64,000 bases of DNA from Chiloscyllium plagiosum (GCF_004010195.1 NC_057740.1:14155771-14219770), one strand, 5' to 3'. Shown: positions 14,001-26,890, numbered from the stretch's first letter. Numbers and translations are program-made. Notes: generated from the sequence alone by a model not told the origin.

Positions 14001-15320
14001 TAGAAACACCACCTGTCCTGGCATCTGAGATAGAAACACCACCTGTCCTGGTGTCAGAGATAGAAACACCACATGTCCTGGTGTCTGAGATAGAAACATC
14101 ACCTGCCCTGGTGCCTGAGATAGAAACACCATCTGCACTGATGTCTGAGATAGAAACACCACCTGCCCTGGTGTCTGAGATAGAAACACCACTTGCCCTG
14201 GTGTCTGAGACAGAAACACCACCTGTCGTGGCATCTGAGATAGAAACACCACTGTCCTGGTGTCGGAGATAAAAACACCACCTGCCCTGCTGTCTGAGAT
14301 AGAAACACCACCTGTCCTGGTGTCTGAGACAGAAACACCACCTGTCCTGGTGTCTGAGATAGAAACCCCACGTGCCCTGATGTCTGAGATAAAAACACCA
14401 CGTGTTCTGGTGTCTGAGATAAAAACACCTCCTGTCCGGGTGACTGAGACAGAAACACCACCAGTCCTGGCGTCTGAGGCAGAAACACCACCTGCCCTGG
14501 TGTCTGAGATAGAAACACCAACTGTCCTAGTGTCTGAGATAAAAACACCATCTGTCCTGGTGTCTGACACAGAAACACCACCAGTCCAGGTGCCTGAGAT
14601 AGAAACACCACCTTTCCTGGTGTTTGAGATAAAAACACCAACTGTCCTGGTGTCTGAGATAAAAACACCACCTGCCCTGGTGTCTGACACAGAAACACCA
14701 CCTGCCCTGGTGCCTGGGATAGAAACACCACCTGCCCTGGTGTCTGGGATAGAAACACCATCTGCCCTGGTGTCTGAGATAGAAACAACACATGCCCTGA
14801 TGTCTGAGATAGAAACATCACATGTCTTGGTGCCTGACATAGAGACACCACCTGTTCTGGTGTCTGAGACAGAAACACCACTTGCCCTGGTGTCTGAGAT
14901 AGAAACTCCACCTGTTCTGGTGTCTGAGATAGATGACCATATGCACGAGTGACTGAAACAGGACTACCAGCTTCCATGGCATCTGGGATAGGGCCACCAT
15001 ATGCACTGGTGTTGGTGATAGGACCACTTCATGCACACAAAATAGGACTACCACCTGATCTGGCGCCTGGGTTAGGGTTACCATCTGCACTGCTGTGCAA
15101 GATAGGACCACCACATATATTCATATAGGAGATAGGACCACCCACCTTCATTGGTGACTGGCTTAGACCTACCACCTTCACTGGTGACTGGTATACGGCC
15201 ACCACCTTCACTGGTGCCTGAGATAGGACCACTGGCAGTACTGGTACTTGGGTAGGACCACCAGCAGCACTGGTGCTGGAGATAGGATCACCAGCTGCAT
15301 TGGTGCCTGAAATAAAGCTA
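11020..15320. repeat. 30-bp intronic minisatellite, consensus CTGGTGTCTGAGATAGAAACACCACCTGTC
   Basis: Visible 30-nt periodicity; roughly 125-130 units to ~14940 (estimated from length), then ~12 diverged units (GATAGGACCACC type); occasional 29-nt units. Confidence 0.98.
11318..11409 (-). mobile_element. PLE terminal fragment inserted in the minisatellite
   Basis: Near-identical to other family-A termini; hammerhead core on the minus strand. Confidence 0.85.
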
Positions 15321-15551
15321 CAAACAGGACATCAGTCGAACAGATTATCGAAGTTTGAATCTTGCTAAGCACACGATCAGTAACCAGACTTCAAAAAGTA
15401 TTATCCATAAAACAGTTAGGAATGTCTTGAGTTTGTGAAAGGCCCTTTGACAAGTAGAGCCTGATACTGCTATATGTCTAAGAAGCAAAACTGTACACAA
15501 TTATAAAATTAGATTGGCTAAAATTAAAGAGGGCAAAGAATTACTGCTTAC

Positions 15552-15626
15552 GTGGCATAACCATAGACAATATTTGCAGTGACTCTCAAGGCTTCCATTT
15601 GCGGAATGATTTCATCATGCATGTTC
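15552..15626 (-). CDS. Paracaspase exon (75 nt)
   Basis: ttttcag|G NMHDEIIPQMEALRVTANIVYGYA AC|gtaagc. Confidence 0.95.
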
Positions 15627-16535
15627 CTGAAAAGGAAAAGTTATAAAAAAAGTTCTTATTCACAGATCTCTATTATCAGCCCCAATTTGTATTGCACCAT
15701 CATCCGTTTTCTATTTTAATCATTCCTGTCTTCTGACCTCTCATGGTCATCTGTCTTTGTTCTTTTCAATCATTGCTGTCCTCCCTCTGTCTTCCTCATA
15801 GGCCATCATCCCAAACATCTTTCTCCTAACTCTATCTGATTAAAAGTCTGCTCATTTGTCACATCTTCCAGTTCCAATGAAAGGTCGTCAGCCTGAAACG
15901 TTAACTTGCTTTTGCTGAGGGTGTTGTCTTATTGGGCGAGTATTTCTAGTATTTTCTGATTTTATTTCCTGTAGCAGTATGCCTGAAGTTGGTTTATCTT
16001 TCTTTGAGGTTTATGTTGATCAAGGTGATATTTGTGATAGGGAAATAAAACGTCTTTGCACTTCAGGCATATTCCCCAGCCAATTCCTCATGGGCATCAC
16101 AACAACTGTACCTGGGAGGCCACAGGATGAGCTGTAAGAGAACCGCAGGCTCCTGAAAATGATTGTGTTTTTAAGCTCTTTGAAGCCCAAATGTGGCTGT
16201 GAAAAAAGGCCTGTGAAATGGTGGGTGTTCAGGTTCCCCCTCCCCACCTTTCTCAAACCACCTGCTCAGGCATTCTCATAAAACCCCCCAAACATGTTCA
16301 CTTCAGGGCCTCAGGAAGTCTGAGGCAATAACATGGTGATACACAGGGGAAAGGTTTGCGAAGCACTGATCAAATCTGTATCACATCTGCCCTGGAAGTG
16401 TTTCATGGGACATTGTCTACTCTGTATCTATCCCAGCATGTATTTGCCCTGAGTAGCTGCACCATTCCCCAGTGCTGCTGAACATAGAGAAGTTTAGCAG
16501 AGGGATTCTAAGAAACAATTTCTTCTTTCCTGCAC

Positions 16536-16713
16536 CTTTTGCGACACATGTCAAGGAGGAAGACGTTTAGCCCAGTTTGCTTCTCCTGCATCAGCTGTAG
16601 AATGTTCTGGACACACAAGCAGTGTTCGGATGTGAAGGAACCTGGAGCATCAATTGGAACCATGAAGCTGTTCCCATAGTTTTCATATCCATGGCCAGCA
16701 TAATAAAGCAAAC
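16536..16713 (-). CDS. Paracaspase catalytic exon (His-Cys dyad)
   Basis: GLLYYAGHGYENYGNSFMVPIDAP...GLNVFLLDMCRK; catalytic H in YAGHG and C in LDMCR; 178 nt; donor AG|gtgcag. Confidence 0.97.
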
Positions 16714-17306
16714 CTGAGGAGAAAGCCACAAGGTCAGTTTCTCTCCATAAGAATAAACAGTCCCCTGGGTTCACAGCCAATTTCCCCACAACAAGGATAC
16801 CTTTTATCACCCTCTAATGCCTCACCTTTCCCCAGCAACAGGGCATAATGTGTCACACCCAATTAATCCCCCATCAATCACACAACAGATCTCATGATCT
16901 TTTCAGATCTCAGAAATACTGAACTAAGCTCTCCAACAAAATAGACCTCTTCTGCCACGCCCAAAACACCCCCAACAAAAGACTGCCCGAAACTCCTTAA
17001 ATGATACATAACCTGTGTCCCACCCAACTGAATCCCTCATTGCACAGACCCATATGAAACACCAACTCCTCTCACACCACCCTCGAAGTCATACAAAGTC
17101 CCTCCATCACATTTCAAGAAAGAGTTGGATAGAGCTCTTAAGGATAGTGGAATCAAGGGTTATTGGGCTAAGGCAGGAACAGGATACTGATTGAGGAGGA
17201 TCAGCCATGATCATAATGAATGGCGGCGCTGTCTCGAAGGGCAGAATGACCTACTCCTGCACCTATTGTCTATTGTCTATCCTATTCCTTTGCCAATAGT
17301 ACAGAC

Positions 17307-17463
17307 TCAAAAAGTGTGGTGCTGGCAAAGCACAGTTGGTCAGGCAGAGCTTATGCTCGAAACGTCGACTCTCCTGCTCCTCGGATGTTGCCTGACCAGT
17401 TGTGCTTTTCCAGCACCACACTTTTTGACTCTGATCTGCAGCATCTGCAGTCCTTACTTTCTC
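17307..17463. mobile_element. PLE-terminus fold-back insertion
   Basis: TSD CCAATAG(T/C)ACAGAC at 17293-17306 and 17464-17477; follows a CR1 tail at ~17110-17285. Confidence 0.8.
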
Positions 17464-17499
17464 CCAATAGCACAGACATCTTGTGTCACAGCCACCTTC

Positions 17500-18200
17500 A
17501 CTATCCTGCACCAAGACAGACTCCCTGCTAGTGTGTCAGCACCGTTGTCTGAGGAAGAGAGTGTTTCTGACTAGGATCTCAAACCCAGCAGCAAGCTCAT
17601 GGTCTACAAGGTAGCAGTGTTATCAGCCTTCCAGCTCGGGTTGAAAGTATACACCAAATACCGCAGTAATAGCACCAGCAACACCTCTGCATACTCAATG
17701 ACAGGGATAAGCATATCAATATCAGGACAACATTCCCAGCATTAAGGTCCTGGTTACTGTCTATCAGCTGCATTGGATAGGCTGCACAGTCCGTATGCCT
17801 GACACAAAACTCCAAAAACAAGTTTTCTATTGCAAACTCTGTCACAGCAAGCAGTTACAAGGAGACCAAAGGAAAGATTTTCTCAAAGTCCCCCATTGAG
17901 ACAAAGTAACCTCCCCACTGACCCATAGCAATCCCTCGCCCAAGGCCACCCAACATGCATAAGTATCAATAAAATGTTGCGTATTTGAATATTCCCAACA
18001 GGCCAGGTGAAAGGCTAGCATCAACAGCAGTGGGAGGGTTTCAAAACCCTGAGGTGACTAAACAGCCTTCCACCCCCACCCATGTCAGGGTGTCTGAATA
18101 AGACATTGGACTGTTTAGTCACCTCAGGACTCACAGCAACTAGAGAGAAAGAGGGTTTCAGGACCATAACACCAGGATCATCCTCAGACATAATGAACTT
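17500..18200 (+). mobile_element. Decayed RTE-type LINE 3' ORF
   Basis: LMVYKVAV..., RMPDTKLQKQVFYCKL...GDQRK motifs typical of the RTE ORF C-terminus. Confidence 0.65.
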
Positions 18201-19180
18201 TTCCTTATAACGTGTTTTTATAAAGAGGATGTACAGGCAAAAATGGCTGAGAATATACATTCTGAATAATGTCTGACAGATGTGAGGGAAGTTACAATGA
18301 GAAAGACTTCAAAGGGAGAAATGCCTTGCAAACTGAACTGAAATCTCCTGTGAGTTTTCTCAGATGGGAGAAAAGCTTACAGTCTAGGAATGAGGTATCT
18401 TTGTGTTCTCCCCTTTAAAGAATTCACAAAAACACACTTAAAAGCCAGTTTACATGTGCGCATGTAGACTAAGGTGTGTACTGAGGATTGTAGCAGAGAA
18501 AGCTCCTTGTCGTCCCTGCGTTGTAGATAAAAATAAATAAAATCTCTCTTCGCTAGAAGCCAGGAAGCAAATGAAACTGCAGTCTAAAGGAAATAGGGCA
18601 AAGCTATGCAGCTGACTTTCAAAGCCACAACACCCCATTGTCTAATCTACAGAAACTCAAAGACTGATTTGCATCTTTTTAAAAGAATTTTATCTTTTTT
18701 GGACTCACCTCTCATTTTTAATCTATGTGTATTGCATTACTATTTCTTCTCCCATTCATTAATATATTAACACAAGAAAGCCTGGTTAAACTGGCTCATT
18801 TTAAAACATAAATTAATTTGGGTCTGGGGGAGGGAGAAATCCACATCCCACTTTTAAATTAACTTCATTGAGACCAATGAGGGGATGGATGAATAAAGAA
18901 AGGGAGCCAGTTCATCCCTCCTCACCCCTGGAGCTTAATCATATGCCCTGGAAACGCAATAAATTGGGGAACTGAACCTAGGAGCTCTTATGACAAAAGT
19001 CACTACCAAATGACACAGCCTGTTTATCACAACTGGCTCTGAGAATTAAACTTGAGAATATTCAAAACAATATACAGTACTACAGCACTCAATTAAGAAG
19101 CATAGGATCACTATCCAACAATTCTTTTTAAAAAGTAAAGGTGTGAGCACAGGTTGAGAACAGGAATCAGTTTGCCTGCA

Positions 19181-19304
19181 TGAAGAAGGGCTTATGCCCG
19201 AAACGTCGATTCTCCTGTTCCCTGGATGCTGCCTGACCTGCTGCGCTTCTCCAGCAACACATTTTCAGCTCTGATCTCCAGCATCTGCAGACCTCACTTT
19301 CTCC
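19181..19304 (+). mobile_element. PLE terminal (single arm) insertion
   Basis: CCTGCATGA duplicated at 19175-19183 and 19303-19311; begins at the hammerhead core. Confidence 0.8.
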
Positions 19305-19346
19305 TGCATGATAAAATACTCGGGCAACACTCCAGGAATGAAGAGC

Positions 19347-19676
19347 TAGAATCATAGCATTCTCACAGGGTACACAGAGACCACTTGGCCTATCAAGTCT
19401 GCAACGTCCCTGTGTACAGCATCCCATCCAGATGCACCCCCTCACCTATCCCTGTAGCCCGCATTTACCAAGGTTAACCCACCTGGCCGACACAAACCTG
19501 GACACTATGGGGCAATTTAGTATGGCCTTTCCACCTACCTGCCCATCTTTCGACTGAGAGGAAACCCACACAGATACTGGGAGAATATGCAAACTCTATA
19601 CAGACAGTTGCCCGAGGCTAGAATTTAACCTAGGCCTCTGGTGCTGTGAGGCAGCAGTGCTAACCATTGAGCCACC
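19347..19676 (-). mobile_element. HE1-type SINE
   Basis: Same family as 8977-9285. Confidence 0.8.
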
Positions 19677-19805
19677 TTTTAACTAACTGGAATGCTCCAG
19701 GGTCCATGGAACTGTGTCTATCTTCAAGGGAAAGAATTTGCAGTTAAACTTTTGTGAAGAGGGAATTTAGTTGAATCGGATTTGGAAGCATTAATTTGTC
19801 GGTAC

Positions 19806-20009
19806 CATAAACTCCCTTGTCAAGAAGTAACAAGAATTCATTGACAGCTCTGTGCATCTCGAGTCTGGTGAGGTCGAGGAGGGACACAACTTTGAAGTCG
19901 AGCTGACGAAGGAGGTTTGTAAGCTCATGCACATCCACCATTGGAGCCTTCAACTGCTTGTGATGTAAGTAATTCATGTTCCCCATCAGCAGAGCCACCT
20001 TGTCTGTTG
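19806..20009 (-). CDS. Paracaspase caspase-like domain exon 1
   Basis: ATDKVALLMGNMNYLHHKQLKAPMVDVHELTNLLRQLDFKVVSLLDL...LDKGVY; ttcag| and G|gtaccg; 204 nt. Confidence 0.97.
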
Positions 20010-20885
20010 CTGAAAGAAACAAGGAGTGAGTGACCATTTGTACTGTCTGTACTGTCTGTAATGAGGCTGATCAGAATCAGCAGTACAACACTTCAGGCTT
20101 TCAGTGTCAGCATTGAACATTTTCAGGTCAGGTACAGCATGGGTCAGGTTCGAGAATGAAGTTCACCCTGGAGTTCCAGCCAAAACCTGATATTATAATC
20201 AACATCACAAAAAATGATGTGATTTGGTTACTATCACACTGCTGGTTGTGGAATATTGCTGCTGGCCAATTGGCTGTCATGTCTCTAACAATACAACAAT
20301 GATTAGATGTCAAAGAGAAATGCACCTCATTAACTATAAGTTGCTTCAAGCCCTTTTTTTAAAAATCAGTCCTTGTATTTATAGTGGGGGTTGGTTGACG
20401 ATGTTAACCCTTTAGTGTTTTTCCTGTGGTGTCCCATTTCTTCATCCATCTAAGCCTGAGGCTGTGCCCAGTGTAGCCACTTCCAAAGAAATATTTAAGT
20501 GTGCACCTGTCAGTACTGGCCCATTGCCTACTTGTACACCAAGGTACAGTGGGCAATGGGCAAGGTGCTAGAAAATGGGACTGGAACAGGAAAGTGCATA
20601 TTTTTGACTAGCATTGACTCTTTGGATCAAAGGACCTTTTCTGTGCTGCAGATCTCTATGACTTCCTATTGCAGCCACTCCTCAGGAACAGTCCTGGTGG
20701 TAAGACTCAAACAACTATCCAAGGGCCTACTGACCAGTAGCCATTTGTGTGACAGGATCAGGCTCAGTGTTGCCAAGGTCCAATATTCTGTTGAATCCCA
20801 CCATCCAGGTTTACCCAATAATTAGTGAGCAATGAACTTTATGGCAATAAAATATGAATCTGATTTGAAAACTATACAAGTTTAC

Positions 20886-20939
20886 CATAGAACTCGACAG
20901 GCCAATGGAAAGCGTTCAGCTGTGTTCCTGGACTGGAAC
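20886..20939 (-). CDS. Paracaspase linker micro-exon B (54 nt)
   Basis: atttcctcacag|GT TCC...TAT G|gtaaac; (G)SSPGTQLNAFHWPVEFY, joining to ATDKVALL; phase 1-1. Confidence 0.75.
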
Positions 20940-21530
20940 CTGTGAGGAAATTAACACAAAATAAACTAATCTTTTACTGAAAACAGTGCAAGAAAATGGG
21001 TCATCACTGACCAGGGATCAGACTGTCCGGATTCAGACGCTCACTGACGGTCAGACCCTTACTAACCGGAATCATTTTAAGACCATGCTTTGGTTTGGTG
21101 GAAGCTGTGCAGTAAATGTTAAGATTGGACCTAAATTCTGATCCTATGTTTCCCACTTTCATTGAGTAACTTTCATTATTGAGATTTTCAAACAGATTTC
21201 TTCTCAGTAAAACAAACTTCAAAACTTTAAAACAACCGCTTTTCCCACCTTATCAGATTCCCACCCTGTTCAATAATATGCTCCCTCCAACTTTCTGTTC
21301 CAGCCCCATCCCAACCTTATCTTTGACTTACTTCATTCCTGTCTAACCCAGGCCAACTCCAGTACCTACGTTATCTCAGTCTGTCCCATTCCATCTCCTC
21401 AATGCTCTGTTCCATCACGTTTCACTCCTGTGCTGCCCTACATGTTTTCACACAAAGATGTTATTTCAGTTATTCATGTGCTTAACAGTGTGAATGGCTG
21501 ATTTACAATTCGCCTTATGTTAATTTTCGT

Positions 21531-21848
21531 TGAATCCCTACAAGATGTAAGCAGGCCATTTGGCCCATCGAGTCCACACTGACCCTCTGAAATGCATTCC
21601 ACCTAAACCTACCCCCCTACCCTATCCTGGTAACCCTGCATTTCCCATGGCTAATCCACCTAGCCTGCACATACCTGGAAACAATGAGCAACTTAGCATG
21701 GTCAATCCAGCTAAACTGCACATCTTTAGACTGTGGGAGGAAACCAGCCAAACTGGAGGAAACCCACTGACATGGTGAGAATCCCGAGGGTGGAATCAAA
21801 CCTGGGATCCTGGCAGTGTGAGGCAGCAGTGCTGACCACTGAGCCACT
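21531..21848 (-). mobile_element. HE1-type SINE
   Basis: Head GTGGCTCAGTGGTCAGCACTGCTGCC on the minus strand. Confidence 0.8.
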
Positions 21849-22126
21849 CTGCTGTCCTATTAGTTCCAGCAAAACTCCAACAGCAAAATGACACCAGTAA
21901 ATACAAACCCAACATCAGTATTACTCAGAGGTATCACACAGAAAGCTATTCAGACAAAAACAAACCAAGGCAAGGAAAGATGTTAGGATTGGTGACTAAA
22001 GGTTTGGTCAAAATTCTCGTTTTCAAACAGAAAAGTGAGTTAAAAATTTGGGAAGCATTTCAGAGCTTGGAGATCTGAAGGCATTTCTGCCAATGGTTGG
22101 GCAAAAGAGTTTAGATGTACAAAATT

Positions 22127-22295
22127 AAATTAAGAATCACACAACACCAGGTTATAGTCCAACAGGTTTATTCAGAAGTACAAGCTTTCAGAGTGCTGCT
22201 CCTCCTGCCCCAGTAAGGTGCAGTGCTCCAAAATCTTGTACTTCTAAATAAACCTTTTGGACTATAACCTGGTGTTGTGTGAATTTTAACTTTGA
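22127..22295. mobile_element. Family-B PLE-terminus fold-back
   Basis: Arms CACACAACACCAGGTTATAGTCCAA / TTGGACTATAACCTGGTGTTGTGTG. Confidence 0.8.
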
Positions 22296-22389
22296 CCACT
22301 CCAGATGTTCTCAGCTGGTTAAGGGAAATAGTTACGTGGACAGATACAGGTTGATTAAAGTCAGTATCCATTTCTTAGGGGAAAATTAG

Positions 22390-23220
22390 GAGAAAACTAA
22401 CTTGCTGGAATTTTTATGAAGAGGCAGCAGAGAGAGCTGATGAGGGCAATACTGTTGACATGGCGTTCACTGACATCTAAAGGTATTCAGTACACAACAG
22501 ACCATGGAATACAGGTGACAGTAGCAGCAGGCTATAAATTAGCAGGAAACAGAATAACGTTAATGGATATCTTTCAGACTTGTAATAGAGTTCCCTAGGT
22601 TCAGTCTGGGGACCCTTGTTCTTCCTGTTTCATATTAATAATATTGACCTTTGTGTACAGAACACAATTTCAAAATTTGCAGATGGTGCTAAACTTGGAA
22701 GTATTCCAATCTATGAGAAGCATAACATTGAATTTCAAAAGCACATTATGAAGTTGGTAGATTGGGTGAACAGGTAGCTGATGATGTTTAATACTGAGAA
22801 ATGCAAAGTGACTCATTTTTGTAGAAAGAACATAGAGATAATTTCTGAAGCTTTATTCATAGGTACTTAAGAGTATAAGAGTAAAGAGGTTATGTTGATA
22901 TTGTGTAAGACACTAATTAGATCTCAGCTGCTGTACAGTGCCCAGTTCTGATCTCCACACTCTAGGAAGGATGTGACTGCATTGGAGAAAGTGGAGAAGA
23001 AATTTACAAGAATGATTCCAGATATAAGGAACCATTCTTATGAGGATAGAATAGAGAAGTTAGTAATATTTTCCTTGAAGAAGAGAGGATTGACAGGAGA
23101 TTTGTTACACTAATGGGGAGGAGGCAGGAGAATGGCACTACGTGAAGAGCTCATTTGGAGAGCTGGTGCAGACACAATGGGCCAAATGGCCTCCCTCTGC
23201 AATGAAATTACTTTGTAATT
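22390..23220 (+). mobile_element. Decayed CR1 LINE RT
   Basis: ISKFADGAKL-like motif and CR1 3' end. Confidence 0.75.
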
Positions 23221-23387
23221 GTGGGACGTATGAGGCTATGAAGGAATTTACACACAAAAATAAAACGCTTAATTTGGAGACCCTGTGATTCTGGGAGATA
23301 CTATCTGGTCAGTGAGCATGGCAGTTCCAGATGAGCAACATGTGATGAGAAACTGGCAACAAAATATTAGGTGAGTAAAGCCATTAC

Positions 23388-23435
23388 CTTCATCAGTGCC
23401 CATGAAAAATGCCCCATTGAAGGATGTATTAGGTC
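23388..23435 (-). CDS. Paracaspase linker micro-exon A (48 nt)
   Basis: Pyrimidine tract ttcttctttatcctttaag|GA CCT...GAA G|gtaatg; (G)PNTSFNGAFFMGTDE; phase 1-1, open frame; position matches the MALT1 linker micro-exons. Confidence 0.65.
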
Positions 23436-24607
23436 CTTAAAGGATAAAGAAGAATTTGTGACATTGGTAAATGCAGACAACAATGAAGATTATGTTAAAA
23501 TAAAACATTCTCAAATAAACACTGACATGATGGTGGTGAAAGTAAGTACAGTAACTACAAACAATCTCAACATGAAGATCACAAATTTCATTCAGGCGTT
23601 AAGCTGATAGTGAAAGAGATTTGATTTTTTCCAATCAACATTAAAATGTTATTATTTCCCCATTAAGTGCAGCATCAAATACTAAACTGTGCCACACAGA
23701 ATCCAAAGACTCTGAGGTCAAATTTGATTTTAAGAAATGTTTTTCATAATATAATCAGTTCTCAGGATGTGACTAAAGGTAAAGTCGCCATTGTCTAAGG
23801 TCCCTCTCTCAGACAGATACAACTGGTGATGGTTCAACCAAAAGGTTCACCATGCCTCAGCCGAGGCCAAAGGCAAAAGGTGGCACCTTCATGGTGACCT
23901 CAGCCAGTTTGAGAATTGAACTTGTGCTGTTGTTGACACTCTGCATTGGATACCAGCCATCCAGCCCAATGGAGCTGAGCTGCCAATTGTCATTTCTCAG
24001 GGCAACCAGTGCAGTAAATGTGGCCTTGAAGGCATTAATCACATACCAAGTATGGAAGTGAACTGGCAGTGTGAGGCAGCAGTGCTGACCACTGAGCCAC
24101 TCTGCTGTCCTATGAGTTCCAGCAAAACTCCAACACCAAAATGACACCAGTAAATACAAACCCAACATCAGTTTCATTCAGAGGTATCACACAGAAAGCT
24201 ATTCAGACAAAAAACAAACCAAGGCAAGGAAAGATGTTAGGATTGGTGACTAAAGGCTTGGTCAAAATTCTCGTTTTCAAACAGTATGGTAATGAGTTGT
24301 CACCATTTTAGAATGTCAATAGTGTCCAACGCAAAGAGAGGGCATGTCTTAAATATCTATGTATCTTCACAATACAACGTCTATCACTGCTTGATCCCTG
24401 AGCCTAATTACATGTGAAAAATGCACTTGTGTGGATAAAAGACAGAGGACACCTACTAAAGTGAGTGTATATGTTGTGGCTGAAAAAGAGGATTGAATTA
24501 TATTCTGAGTATAGGCAAAATATTATTTTTGAAGCTGAAAAATGGGGCCATCTTACACAACAGGTCAAATTATATGCCGTGATTTATTGTAATTGTGTTG
24601 AACATAC

Positions 24608-24704
24608 CTATCTCCACAGTAACAATCTTGCTCCAGGCCTCGTGATAAAGATTGAACACATGACAGCAATATTCTCCACGGTCAGCAGTTGTAACTCCAT
24701 TAAT
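24608..24704 (-). CDS. Paracaspase coding exon 6 (Ig2 C-half)
   Basis: cctag|INGVTTADRGEYCCHVFNLYHEAWSKIVTVEI, G|gtatgt; DxGxYxC motif; 97 nt. Confidence 0.93.
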
Positions 24705-25949
24705 CTAGGTTTAAAGTTAATAAGAAGGAAGTAAGTACAGTACACATTTGCCTGTTTAATTATTGATGCCACCATTGGTCATGTTCTTTCAGGCAGTCAG
24801 TCCACTATAATGGCAGAGAACCAGTTCAGTTAATCAGAAGTTTACCCCAACTCCTTCCCATGGAAAGTGGCTATCCTATGACTATCCATTGAACTATAAC
24901 ATGGAGCTAGTCATACAAAGCAGCTTACAGTACTGAGGTCCAAGACATATAAGATCGCCAACAAAAAGTTACAACTTTCCCAGGAGCCTCAGGTTTTCAA
25001 TCTTGCATTCAAGTTGGTCACTCTCATCGCAGTCTCTCTTCATGTCACTCACCATCCTGACCTGAAAGTATATTGCCTTTCCCTTCAGTGTTGCTGGGCC
25101 AAACTCCTGGAACTCCCTCCCTAACACCATTGTGGATCTAACTATACCAAATGTAATGCTCTATTCTAGAAAAAAGGGAGGCAGAAAACAGGAAATTATA
25201 GACCAGTTAGGTTGACATTTGTCATGGGGAAGGTGTTAGAATTGATGGGCAATTGGGAAATCTCAAAATAATTGAGTACAGTCAACATGGTTTCAAAAAA
25301 GGGAAATCTTGCTTAACAAACTGAAATTCTTTAAAGGATTAACTTTGTGGTGTGGATAAAGGGGGTGTACTTTACTTGAATTTTCAGAAGGCATCTGACA
25401 GGGTAGCACATAGAAGGTTACTGTGTAATTCTATACGAACACATGGATCAAGTAGAGATAAGTTAGAGAGAGAGAGAGTTCAATGAATTTTTCACTCAAA
25501 AGTATCAGGCTGTGAAATACATTACTATGGAATATATTGATAACGATATAGATGGAGGGGTACGATATAATTTGATATATTTCTGAAAGAAGAGAAGAGA
25601 GAGATTGAGGAATCTGGTGAGAAGGTGGGTTGAAGGAACCTTGTATAAAGATGAGTAGTTGGGTGAAAGTGTACCTGGTGAGAAGATGGATTAAGGCAAT
25701 TAGGTTTTTGGATCTAATGGATGCCTCTTGTTTTCCAATATGTCAGCATAATTAGTGCTGGCAACATATTGGTGCATGACTAGTCAATGATAAAACAGAC
25801 TCTTTTGCCTTTGTGAACTACCAACCTATGTACAATCTCTTTCTGGTCAAAAGTTCTTAAACATGTTGTTACTTTCCAAATCTATTCCCATCTTACTGTG
25901 AACTCAATGTCTGATTCTTTCCTCTGAGGTTTCTGACCTTATTGATCTA

Positions 25950-26890
25950 CCCTTATCAAAGTCACACATGACACCTTACATAGCTCTAACAATCGTATCC
26001 TTCCTCATTGTTTTGATATGGTTGACCATACTGTCCTCCTCTATCACCTTCACACTGTTGGCCATCTGGAGGGGACTGCATTCACCTGACAATCCATCAA
26101 AGCCAAAGAATCACCTGAAATGGCTTTGCTTTCCACTCCTGCATCATTATGTCTGATATCGCCTCAAAATTTATTCTTGGTCCTATCCTACTTCTCATTT
26201 ACATGCTTCTACTTGTCAACGTCATCTGAAAACACAGCATCAGTGTTGTCCAGCGCTACCCAGCTCTATACCGTGGCTGCTGAAACACTTATTTCTCCTT
26301 TGTTTTCTCGGGATTTGACTATTCCAATATGTCAGCGTCCAATTATCTGCTCTTTGTAAATGTGAAGTCATCCAACTTTACTCTTGCTGAAGAGTCATGT
26401 TGGATTTGAAATGTTACCTGTTTCTTTCTCCACAAATATTGTCAAGACGTGCTGATTTTCTGTTTAGAATTCACACCATATCCTGTTCAGCCATCATCTT
26501 GCTCTCTCTGACCTGCTTTGGCTAAATAACCTTGATTTTAAAATCCTTTTTTAGGCTTGCTCCCTGGCCTTGCCCTCTATAACCATCTAAACCTGTCAAT
26601 CCTTTGAGATATCCTCTATTTCTGGTCTCTGTGGTATCCCTGGTTTTAATCACTTTACCACTGGTGGCAGTGCCCTCAGCTCCCTAGGCTCTAAATTTTC
26701 CTTTTAAAGCTGGTCCACATTACCTTTCACCTTTAAGATGCTTCTTAAAACCTATTTATTTGTCCAAGTCTTGGTCTGACTGCCTTCACATCTCTATGTG
26801 TCTCACTGCTATATCTTATTTGACAACACTCCTGTGGAGTGCCTTGTGATCTTTTACTCCGCTAAAGGTTCAAATTAAATATAAGTTGCT
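25950..26890 (+). mobile_element. Decayed L2-like LINE
   Basis: AETLI...DYSN-like ORF2 remnants and an L2-type tail; preceded by CR1 remnants at ~25150-25620. Confidence 0.55.

Noticed and set aside
10973-15232. Long repetitive ORFs (SEIETPPVLV, VVFLSQTPGQ, TRTGGVSISD) as a mucin-like or antifreeze-like gene
   Set aside because: They follow from a 30-nt unit lacking stops in three frames. 29-nt units and a PLE insert shift the frames, and the array sits in a paracaspase intron.
11020-15320. CRISPR array
   Set aside because: Units are contiguous with no unique spacers, there are no cas genes, and the context is eukaryotic.
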